This document shows positions 53,654 to 64,000 of a stretch of 64,000 bases of DNA, piece by piece (within the stretch, counting starts at the first letter, position 1; each line of letters opens with the position of its first letter). The translations under genes were made by a program, and so were the position numbers. Source of the DNA: Octopus vulgaris (lineage: Eukaryota); NCBI GenBank assembly GCA_951406725.2, contig OX597819.1, forward strand, positions 54,312,001 through 54,376,000, written 5' to 3'. The notes under the pieces are model-generated. The model was not told the origin of the DNA, did no database searches, and saw only the letters and a program-made list of their open reading frames with translations.

Positions 53654-54980
53654 CTTTAGAGAATTCCTCATTTCTTTCAAAATTAATGTAAATATCATGC
53701 ATTTCAGGACTGGCTCACCAATGCAATCCCATGCCATATTGTGTTGTAGAAGTTAAGAGTTAAAGATGATATATTCATAAATTGGTGTGAAAACTTTGCC
53801 ATACACAATTCAATCCCACTCCTACTTCTTCAAGTGGCTTATATTTTTAAGTTACCCTTGCTTGATGTATCAAACAATATGCAAATGAAAACATTTTCTT
53901 GGAGAATTTTTCCAATATTCGAAACAAATTAGAGAGAGTGGTGTTTAAATTGTAGTATAGCACTCACTGTCCTGAACTATTTTGCAGTTAGATCTATGCA
54001 GTTGAACCAAGAAACAAATTTTCTGGGTCTGGAGCTATGTTTAGTAACTGAGATTAAACTGATGAGTTTGATAAAATAATTCATATGATTTTGCCAAAAT
54101 ACAGCAGTGTCTATTCCATGCACTTTCCCCAGGTATTTTTTAAAACTAAATTTTTTTTTTTTAGTGTTCTGTATCTAGTGGTTTATGCAAACAGTCACTG
54201 AACTGTAAAATAGGAGTGAGGGATTTTTACATATATTCAAATTGAAATTGGAAGTTGTTTACTCAGAATTTGTTTTGTAATTTTTTATTACATTAGTCTT
54301 TGTTGTGACCAGTATTATATCTATATTAAGGTAGTTTATGAAATTGCCCGCTATTTTTCTATTTTGATAGTCAATGCAGTTTAATATTCCATTTAAGTGC
54401 AATGTACTTTTGATATAATGAGCTTCAGATGATGATAATAGTCATAGTATATATGTATTTGTTATATCTTTTTTTATATGATATTTTTATTTCCTATCTG
54501 TGTGTTTGATCGTAAGGTAATTTTATTCAGTCTTATTTTAGTATTAGATATTCATTTCAAAAAAATATTTTGATAACATTGTGAATTAATAGTATATACT
54601 ATTTTTATATACATTTTTTTTTTTCAGAAATGATCATTTAATTCCAAAGAGAATTTTAAATTATTTTATTTAAAACTATGTGATTAAAAAAAATTTTTTA
54701 CTGTTACCAACCCTATTATATTTGTTTTCAGCTGCACAATAATTTTTTTTTTTTAAATAGCCATATTTTCTGAAAAGAAGATTGTAATTAATGAACTGGT
54801 TTTAAAATAAATATCTTTGTGGTTGTGATAAAAATATTGGGGAAAAAATGCAAAATTAAGTTTTTAAAAAATGTAAGCTGTAACATTAGTCATAAAAATA
54901 GTCAAAATAGTTTTTTTTAATAACAGTTTCTGTTTTAGACACATGGCCAGCAATTTTGAGGGGAGGGAAGTTAAATGATT

Positions 54981-55722
54981 ATAATAATAATAATAATAAT
55001 AATTGTGTACAGTGCTCAGGTGCACTACAACTCATCTAAAGTGTATATATAATCAGGTGAAGTTTCGGCGGATTTCGGAAAGCATGAGGGCCTTAAAAGA
55101 TGCAGTGTCATGGCAGTCAACAACTGATGCAGGCAGTTTATTCCATGCTTCAGCAACTCTGAGCGTGAAAAAATGTTTCCGAAAGTCATGGGAGCTGTAT
55201 TGTTTTCTGACTTTGTAGGCATGTCCACGTGTGTTAGACACATGGAGATCAAAAAGGTGTTCAGTGTTGTTGTTGGTGAGGTGGTTGATAACTTTGTGGG
55301 TGTTTACCAAGTCCGTCGCCAAACGCCGGAGCTTCAGTGAATCCATGCCCAGGAAACAAGGCGCTCAGAATATGGTAGGTGTCTGATGGAGGGTATGCGT
55401 TTGGTTGCACGTCTCTGGACAGATTCCAGGAGGTCAATGTTCTGTGCAAGATAGGGGTTCCAAACTGATGATGCGAATTCCAAGTGTGGTCGTACCATAG
55501 CTGTATACAGTTTTAAATAGATGGCTGGAGAGCGGCTAACAAAAGACCTGCTGAGTGATGCCAAGACACCCTCGGCCTTCCTGACAATCTTAGAGATATG
55601 CTTTGACCAACGCAAATACACACGATTCCATCAGTTTTGCAATACAGCTAGTGAGACTGACTGGGCGATAGTTGACAGGTGATGTGCGGTCGCCCTTTTT
55701 GAACAGAGGAATGACACTGGCT
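54981..55722 (-). mobile_element. Young CR1/L2-group LINE 3' fragment with (TTA)n tail, inserted into a SINE
   Basis: Motifs PLFKKGDRTSPVNYRPVSLTSCIAKLMES, MVRPHLEFASSVWNP, LESVQRRATK, TRGHAYK and FFTLRVAEAWNKLP. CpG-rich, with one frameshift. Confidence 0.92.
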
Positions 55723-58028
55723 CTAATACTTGATTTGTATTCTATTTTATCGATTCCGAAAGTACAAAAGGCAAAAATTGACCTTGGGGGTATTTGAAAT
55801 CGAATGTAAAGAACTGAATGATGTTTGATGCTATAATGATTCTGCAGGAAATCTTATATCCTTTTTTGGTTATTCATTGTAGAATATAGACTTAAAACAA
55901 ACGTATATTCCTAAGCATCAGCCTTCTCATACACATATGCTCTTTACTAAAAGCATTTGACCATGTGGTACCATATCAAGCTTTTAAGACTGAATTCCAC
56001 CCCACCAAAAGAAAAACCATCTAGGTTGTACATGTAACAAGTACATGATTCAGATATTCTTTCTCTATCTGCTCTACAGAAGAAACTGTCTGGGAATTCC
56101 TTACCTATACTCAGACCACTGAGACCAATGCTTTTAACTAGATCTAAAATTTTTTTTTCTTGATATTTTTGGGGAGATACAAAAGCTGTGAAAAAATTGT
56201 GTTTGTACTTTTGTAATATGGTTAGTGAATATTGGTTTCTAAAAGAATTCTGAAGGAGACTAATGTATCTAACACTGAAGTACCAAAATATGAACTGCAC
56301 TAAGCAATTAGGGAATATCAGGCTATTTTGAATGTCAAAAACAGAGACTGAATACTATTTTCTCAACATGGGATGATATATTTATAATAGGATGAAGTTT
56401 TTCAACAGCCAAGATTGCCAAACTTAACAGTAGCTGTTTCATTTTTATATCTTTCCTTCTTTTCTAAGAGTGAGTGAGAATGTAATTTGTGAATGCTTTA
56501 TAACCTGGCCACATAACTCACATTGAAAGTGAAAAATATATGACATTCGACATAAAGGGATGCAACTCAGTTCTTAAATAACAAAGTACTTTTTGATATG
56601 CGAATTAGCACCTTTAGATGAGTGTGCATGCACAACAGGCTTCCACAGATTTTCTAACTAGCAAATTTCACTCACAAAGCATTGGTTAACTTGAGTTATG
56701 GCAACAGAAAAATTATATGTGTCTTCATATCTAAATGTCCTATTTACACAATTGAAGGCAAGTTAAACTGTGAAGTTCATTCTTCAGTAAAACTATTGGT
56801 TATGGAGGGAAATTGTAGACATAAGGAGTATGAAAATGAAATGGTTTGAAGAAGAATTGAACCTGTGTCATAGACTGGACTTGTAAAGCTCTTACATTGC
56901 TGGCACATATGCAAATTCCACTTTACTGGTGTTACTATAAACACCTGAGTCGAATTGTCCTTGTAGCTGACAATAGAAATTGAATGCAGCAGTAAAAATA
57001 TTGTGTTAATTCTCATGCAGCTTACTGAAGTGAGAAACACTAGTTAGATATTTCGATGCATTCATCAATTAATCCAGTAATGAACATTCTGATGATGCTA
57101 GTATTAGATATATGAAAGAATGCTTCCAGTGTCTAAAATCAGATATGGAAGTAATGATGAATACATTATAATTATTTGCATAATAACTACATTTTATGTA
57201 ATAATAAAAATGTGTTTTTTTTTTAGTGTGTGAGGATTGTACCTTTTGGGATTTGGAGCTATAAAATGTGATACATTTTCAAGATGTGTTTAGAGAAAAT
57301 TAAATAGTGATGCATTATATGTATTCACCTATTCATTAATTTTTCCATGTTAGCAAGGGTTGGGCATTATTTTACAGCCAGATGTCTCTCCTGTCACTAA
57401 CTGTTGCCATTTCTGAAGTAAGGGAGTTTTTATTCCACTTGTCTTCAAAAGTTCAGAGCAATGGGGTGAATGTCAGCAGCATGTCACCATTTTTGCTTCG
57501 TAGGTTTCATGCAAAGACAATGTAAACAGTTACACAACACATGCACACAAACTAGGCTTCTATACTGTTTCTGTCAAATTCTACTAATTCCACAATCAAA
57601 ACATTGGTCAACTTGGGGCTGTAGTAGAAGATACTTGTTCAAGGTGCCATGAGACAGAAGTCAAAACCACATGGCTATGAAGTGAATTCCATATTCACAC
57701 AGCTATACCTGCATGTATGTTTATTAGCATTGATTGCCAGAATCACTGGAGTGAGACAAAATGCCTCTATAGTATTTCTTCCAAATATTGCCATTCTGAG
57801 TTCAAATCCTGCAAAAGTCACTTTTGCCTTTCATTCTTTCGGAGTCAATAAAGAAAGTGCTGAGGTTGATAGTATTAACTAACTTTCTCCACAAAATTTC
57901 AGACCATGTGTCTTTGCTAGGAACAATTATTAATATCATTTAAAAGAAATCATTAATTTAAAGAAATAATAAACAAAATTAATCATTTTTCATTAAAAAA
58001 TATTGTCAGTTTTTTTTTCTTTCCAACT

Positions 58029-60253
58029 GATGAAGACTTTGGAGATGATATTGAGTTTCAGTTGAGTAGTTGAAAAGAAAATAAATATTAGGAAAAATGA
58101 CTGAAGTGAAATGTTTAGTTTGAAGTCAAGAAATTATGTCACTATAGTTTATATAGAGTACATTAAGATGACATCAAAGTTGAATTTGCTGATGTATATT
58201 TTATTTTTTTTTTAAAAAAGTAAATTTTTAAAATGTGCTGGCAGCATGGAGGAAATAATGTAGTTATTTGTGTTTTGACTAGAATTTAATTGTTTGATCA
58301 AAGTTGAATATATTGATGAATATTGAAAAATGAAAAGAAGAATAGACCTAACAGGAAGTTAATATTATGGGGAAATACTTTTTTTAATGATTCATCAGGA
58401 TGTAGCTAGATTGCAAAAATGTATGTAATTTTTAGTCATTTGATAAGAATAGAAACTGCACTAAGAATAGTGATACTTATACCAAGAATAAAATTATAAG
58501 TAGCTTATGAGTTTGTGAATCTTGGCAGCAAAATATCTTTCCTAATCTTGAAGTTCAAAGAACTTCATCTAGAACAGAGAATTTGGCACAGTTAAAAGTA
58601 TTGTATTCAATTGATTTCAATATGCTGTGAGTACCCATTTTGTGGGTCATTTCCAGATTCACAAAAATCACCTAATATGACTCTTTTTTGGTCTTGATAA
58701 AAACTCAGCATTAGTAGTTTTCAGCCCTGTTGTCATAACTTTAAATTATGTGATGATGGATACTAAATATTATAGTCTCTTTCATTAGTATACAAAGGCT
58801 ATGTTTTATTTGTTTGTTTTTTTAAAACTCTTCTAACTAGATGAAGACTTTGGAGATGATATTGAGTTTCAGTTGAGTAGTTGAAAAGAAAATAAATATT
58901 AGGAAAAATGACTGAAGTGAAATGTTTAGTTTGAAGTCAAGAAATTATGTCACTATAGTTTATATAGAGTACATTAAGATGACATAGAGAATTGCAAGAG
59001 TAGAGAAGGTTGTTTTCTGCTCTTTTAGTAAAAAGAATATAGTGAGAATGGGAGTTTATCAACCCTATGATGAGTCATGGTTAAAGTAATATAATGTAGT
59101 TATTTGCTTATTTACTGAAAGAAGGAATCACATTCAGTTTTAATATATGCATTGTTCTATCTTACATAAAATATATTGTGTTATGAAATGTGAAGTGATT
59201 AACTATTTCATTTCTGATATTTTTATCATGATGAAATTGCACAGCTCATTTACAAATCAGTTTATATATGTTTAAGTTTATTAGGAAAGTGGAAATAACT
59301 ATTTTATGTTCACAAATTATGATCTTGTTTTTATGTACATATTTAATTTTCCCCTTGTCAAAGTAGAAGTATTCAACTGAAAACTTCAATAAACTTTTGA
59401 CACAATCTTGGCAGAAAAATATCTTTCCTAATCTTGAAGTTCAAAGAACTGTTTAGAAAATTGCATCAAATTTCAGTTGTAAAACCACTGTTGGTAAATT
59501 TTCTTCTCTATAACATTCAAATTAGCAGTGTACGTTTTATCAGTAATTATAGGTATTAAAAATGGTTGCTTTTGATCTAATTAATTTTTAGCTTTTTTTT
59601 TTTTTAATTCACATATTATTTTCGTGGCTCTAATTATCTATTTGGCAATTATTAATTACATGTAACTTTTGTCTTCTAAAACATGGTTAAAGTTATGAAC
59701 TATTATCATCATTAGTATTTTTAAAACCACTTTCTCCATGCTGGCATAGGTTGGCTGAAATATCTTGAAGTAGCTTAACATACTCAGAAGCTCTCCCTGA
59801 CTATGACCCTTAACTGTTTTTCAAGTCAGGTACTTTGCACATCAAACTGCAGCTAGGGATTCTATGGAAGACTGAAACATAAAATTGATGCTAAATTGTC
59901 AGCAAGCAGAGACACAGTCACAATAGTTTTCCACATAGTTTTCATTTACCAAAATTTAATCACATAGCTATGCTCATGCCCATCAATGCTGGAAATAAGA
60001 TCTGAAGTAATAGGAAGAAAGATCCATTTAAAAAGCGTAATATTTATTTCAATTTGTAAAACATTCTTTTAAGAGAGCACTCATATTTTTGTAATCTTAA
60101 CACAACTGAAGCTATAAGCAAGTCTTTCCAATGTTAGAATACAGAATTACTCACTATTTCATTTCTGATATTTTTATCATGATGAAATTGCACAGCTCAT
60201 TTACAAATCAGTTTATATAGTTAAGTTTATTAGGAAAGTGGAAATAACTATTT
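58029..60253 (+). repeat. Dispersed local direct duplications (146, 47, ~102 and 16 bp)
   Basis: 58029-58174 = 58840-58985; 58518-58564 ~ 59404-59450; 59202-59304 ~ 60153-60253; 58255-58270 = 59091-59106. Confidence 0.9.
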
Positions 60254-61076
60254 GAATCGGTGTGCATATCTAAATTTTCTTATTTTTCTGTTCAAAGGCA
60301 GTTTTCTCCAACATACCCAGTGAACTGCATTATTTATGGAGCTAACCTTATTTTGAGCAAATTAAAATGAAGCTTGTAATAACTACGCATTCACGAAATC
60401 TAATATTTAGTAGTGTCTATACAGCTTTTGTAAATCACATGTCTTAGACATTGTTTTAGAAGAGCCATAGCTTTTTGAATTATAAAGATTTTCAGCATAC
60501 ATTCCATTAAAATTTTTGTGTAGGGAAACCAGAACAAAATTTGATATAAATAATTTTGTTTGTATATAAGAATGCTAATATATAAGTAAACTTGAGACCA
60601 TTTGTAAGAAGAGACATAATCATACAACTCTAGATTCATAGTAAATCATGAGAATATTAATTATAATAATGAACTTATGACATTTTACTAACTTAATGGT
60701 TCAAGCCAGTGAGTCAGGCTGTTATGTTTTGGTAAGATGACACTTGTATTTCTTAAAGTATTAAACATCAATGATGATGATAATACTCCATTATTGTTAC
60801 TTCACAGATTCTGATATAATTATGGTTATAATAATTCTTATTGTATGGATACCTTTTGTTTGTTCGTTTAATATCTTTTTCCATGCTAGCAAGGGTTAGG
60901 TTACAACCAGATAATATCATAACTTTTATTTGTTTTTCAAATAAGAGAATCTTAACCTTAGAAGAATTTGCAAGTGCAGAACTAGCAAATGATTTTACAG
61001 TTCTATATTTAAGAGATGAGGAATTATGTACATTATTAACAATTGACAGATATTTGTCCTCGTCTTGTTTATTGTT

Positions 61077-61122
61077 AACACAACATTTCGGCTGATATGC
61101 CCTCCAGCATTCATCAGGTGTC
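61077..61122 (-). ncRNA. Degenerate minimal type I hammerhead ribozyme motif (inverted copy)
   Basis: Minus strand reads gacac CTGATGA a tgctg..cagcc GAAA t GTT gtgtt. Stem I gacac/gtgtt is intact. Confidence 0.55.
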
Positions 61123-61404
61123 TTGGGGAAATTTCAAACCTGGGTTCTCATTCCTAAGGTATTTTTCGATGTTGTTGTTCTTGTTATTATTATTAATTAT
61201 TATTATTGTTATTCAGGTCACTGCCTGGAATCAAACTCGGAATCCACACTATATTCCCACAAGCATATGACATAGTGGTTAAGAGCGTGGGATACTAACC
61301 CCAAGATTTCGAGTTCAATTCTAGGCAGTGACTTGAATAATAATGACAACAACAACATTGAAAAATTCCTTAGGAATGAGAATCTAGGTTGGAAATTTCC
61401 CCAA

Positions 61405-61447
61405 GACACCTGATGAAGGCCGGAGGGTATATCAGCCGAAACGTGTT
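61405..61447 (+). ncRNA. Degenerate minimal type I hammerhead ribozyme motif
   Basis: gacac CTGATGA a ggccg..cagcc GAAA c gtgtt. The cleavage triplet is deleted in this copy. Confidence 0.55.
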
Positions 61448-61628
61448 AACAACAAACAAGATGAGGACAAATATCCATCAGTTGTAGATAATGTAGCAAA
61501 TGATTTGTTGATATGAAATGTCAGCAAACGTCGCCAACTATAAACAGTGACACTATCACTTGCAGCTCAGCTGTAAGCTGTGGGGGTCACTGTCTATAGA
61601 GTAGATCACTGCAGATTGCAAACTCACT

Positions 61629-61713
<85 letters not shown>

Positions 61714-62791
61714 TCACAAAAGTTTCTTTCAGTTTCTGTCTACCAAATTTCCTCACAAGGGCTACTGTGGAAGACACTTGGCCCAAGGTGCTGTGCTCTG
61801 CAATTGGAATGAACCTGAATCCATGTGGTTAAGAAGTGAACTTCTTAACTACATGAACCTTTATGATAATAATTATGTTCAGCTGTTGTAAATTCATATC
61901 ATAAATAAGCTAAACTCCACTTCTAAAGACCATTCTTGTATATTTTCCTTTCATAATTCTTTTTATTTTGAAACTGAACTTTTTTTTAATTCTGCCCCCC
62001 CTCTCCCCTTATCTCTCCCTCTCTTTCTCTCGCTCCCCCTTTCTCTTTTTTCCAGCAATTATTTTTCAAATAAACATCTTATTAAATTAGGCCATTAATC
62101 AATTATATAGCAAAATATGTTAACAGATTTTAAATTACCAACTACAGCTAAAACAATTTTGTTACGGAATTTATGTACCATATAATCTATCCACAGAATG
62201 AGCAACAAAATATTTTATTTTATTTATTTGTTTTTGTGCATTTACTGCTCATCTTGTATATATATTATTTAACAGGATACTCGTTAATCATTTTTAAAAA
62301 TGGTGTTTTTGTAAACTGGGAACAGCATTTTATTCAGTTTTTATATTTTAAAAATCTACATAGTCTAGCTTGTCAGTCTGAATAAAACATAATTCATATT
62401 TGTTAAATAATTATTTTTCAAAGTTTGCATATAAAAAGGCCTACAAAGGATGTAGAGTAACTTAAAAACCTGCCAAAAACTTTCTCTGGTAAAAAGGTAT
62501 CATTAATGGTTGATTGTTCAAAGAATTTAGGAAAACAAATCAAACTCTACAAATAATATTCTTTATAAAATAAGTTGATGTATTTATTGAAAAATACCAA
62601 ACAAAAAAAATTCTTTAATATTTCGAAATTGAGTTGAAAAATGTAAATTTGTTTTCAGATGCACTAGATGTATTGCATTTTATTGTATAATTATTTTGTA
62701 AAATATCCACCTGAAATCCATTATGTTTTCTCATCTGTTTTCAATAGGGAAAATGTTATATATATATATATTATTTTCTAATTTTATTTAG

Positions 62792-62878
62792 GCTCCAGAG
62801 GGAGAAAACCAACCTAGTACTGAAGTAGATTTGTTTGTGTCCACTGAAAAAATCATGGTTCTCAATACAGATCTCCAG
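62792..62878 (+). CDS. APBA: X11/Mint PTB domain exon: APEGENQPSTEVDLFVSTEKIMVLNTDLQ
   Basis: Direct continuation of ..EAVGRIK in X11/Mint proteins (APEGE.QP.TEVDLF.ST). Acceptor ttatttAG, donor CAG|GTAATA, 87 nt, phase 0/0. Missed by the ORF track. Confidence 0.96.
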
Positions 62879-63203
62879 GTAATATTATAATTATTGTCAT
62901 TCTTGAAGTATGGAGCATTTTCTTTGACACCCTTTTTTTCATTTGGGAGATATAGTGCACTCAACACTGGCAAATCAACTTTTGCCATCAATTCTTACTT
63001 ATGACAATGTTAAATGTAGCAGGCTTTGTGAAATTTAACATTGCATCTAGCTAACTTGAGAAATATGTGTCTTATTTGATCTTTTGAAAGCACATCCAAT
63101 TCAAAACAATCTTTCTTTATTATGTAAAATGCTATCCATTGAGAAAGTCTGCACTCTTGCTATTACCTGCTTGTTGTTATTGTTATTATTATTATTATCA
63201 TTA

Positions 63204-63772
63204 TTATTACCCTGCATGCATAGGCGAAAGCAGGGTATTGTAATCACTCATCTTTGTTTGTCTGTGTTTGCAAAATTACTGGAAAACAGCTCAACGGATT
63301 TTCACCACATTTGGCAGAAATACTCATTGGGTGAGTGGCTCAAAATGATGAACATTTGGTTTGGTTATCTTTAAAAAAAAAAAGTTTTAAATCGAACTTA
63401 CAAATTTCCTGTTAAGCAACTGGTCACTTTCTTTTTTTTTTTTCACTTTCTTTTTCATATGAATCAACCCTCGTCTGTGTGTGTATATCAATCATGGTGT
63501 ACCTATGCATGTAGACACATGTGGGTACATACATACATATGCGACTCTGTGTGTGTACAGTGATGGATTTGAGGGTTTCATTTATTTATGAGTTGATTTT
63601 TTAATTTTACCAGAGTAAAATACTTATAATGGTGATACTTGAAAAAAAAAAGAAAGAAATTAAATCAGTTCAATTAAAAAGCAATGGTAAGCAACACATT
63701 GTAAACCACATTGCAATTTGTGGAAAAATTTATCTGCACGCAGGATATGCATTGCCCCTCCGATGACTTTTC
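63204..63772 (+). mobile_element. Helentron/DINE-1-like non-autonomous element
   Basis: 5' inverted sub-TIR taccctgc..gcagggta, tgtttgtctgt microsatellite, acggattttcaccacatttgg core, and a 3' gcaggata copy. T-rich insertion site. The 3' limit is uncertain. Confidence 0.65.
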
Positions 63773-63789
63773 TTTTCATTATTATATTT

Positions 63790-64000
63790 AAGGCGGTGAG
63801 CTGACAGAATCATTACCATGCTGGGCAAAGTGCTTAGCATTCTGTCCATCTTTACATTCTGAGCTCAAATTCTGCCAATGTTGACTTTGCCTTTAGTCCT
63901 TTTGGGGTTGATTAAATAGGTGCCAGTTATGCACTGGTGATGATGTAATCAACTGGTCCCCTCCCTCAAAATTTCAGGCTTTGTGCTTATAGTAGAAAGG
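63790..64000 (+). mobile_element. tRNA-derived SINE
   Basis: aaggcggtgagctgacagaatc head, ctgagctcaaattctgcc B-box-like motif and gactttgccttt core shared with the 15-kb copies. Confidence 0.75.

Larger units (their letters stand above)
60996..61493. mobile_element. Palindromic tRNA-headed non-autonomous retroelement with 13-bp TSD
   Basis: Arms ~61029-61244 and ~61305-61495 are inverted copies. Pol III A-box tgacatagtgg (61268) and B-box gagttcaattc (61311). Direct repeat tagcaaatgattt at 60983-60995 and 61494-61506. Confidence 0.88.

Noticed and set aside
26221-54140. AG|GT recursive-splice-like sites (e.g. ~26234, ~49262, ~50391, ~54132)
   Set aside because: The regenerated donors are non-consensus and their frequency is compatible with chance.
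57050-57100. Additional hammerhead-like words (ttgatga..cgaaa, ctgatga)
   Set aside because: No supporting stems I or II.
58029-60253. CRISPR-like or satellite array
   Set aside because: The blocks differ from each other and each occurs only twice, and the context is eukaryotic.
61262-61332. tRNA gene
   Set aside because: A and B boxes are present but there is no intact cloverleaf. It is the head of a repeat.
1550-63374. Most ORFs in the supplied six-frame track
   Set aside because: They are low-complexity F/I/L/Y-rich or microsatellite-derived translations of AT-rich intron DNA. Only those overlapping the PTB exon and TE relics are meaningful.

Overview
AT-rich, repeat-dense animal genomic DNA, not prokaryotic. 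The repeat families (tRNA-derived SINEs with RTE-like tails, (TA/CA)n microsatellites) suggest an octopod cephalopod; this is an inference. The window appears to lie inside one + strand gene encoding an X11/Mint/LIN-10 (APBA) adaptor. Splice phases chain consistently: exon end 1-12, 6072-6181, an 18-nt microexon at 6563-6580, a 31-nt exon at 12767-12797, PTB exon 22979-23130 and PTB exon 62792-62878. The 39.7-kb intron inside the PTB domain holds three frame-preserving phase-0 microexon candidates (6, 45 and 36 nt) and a possible poison exon, which together could form a combinatorial loop cassette. The introns carry a Tc1 IR/DR transposon, a Chapaev3-like relic, RTE, CR1/L2-like, RLE-type and Penelope-like retroelement fragments, Helitron/Helentron elements and MITEs. 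At about 61 kb there is a palindromic tRNA-headed element whose two arms each carry a degenerate minimal hammerhead-ribozyme motif. Most ORFs in the supplied track are spurious.
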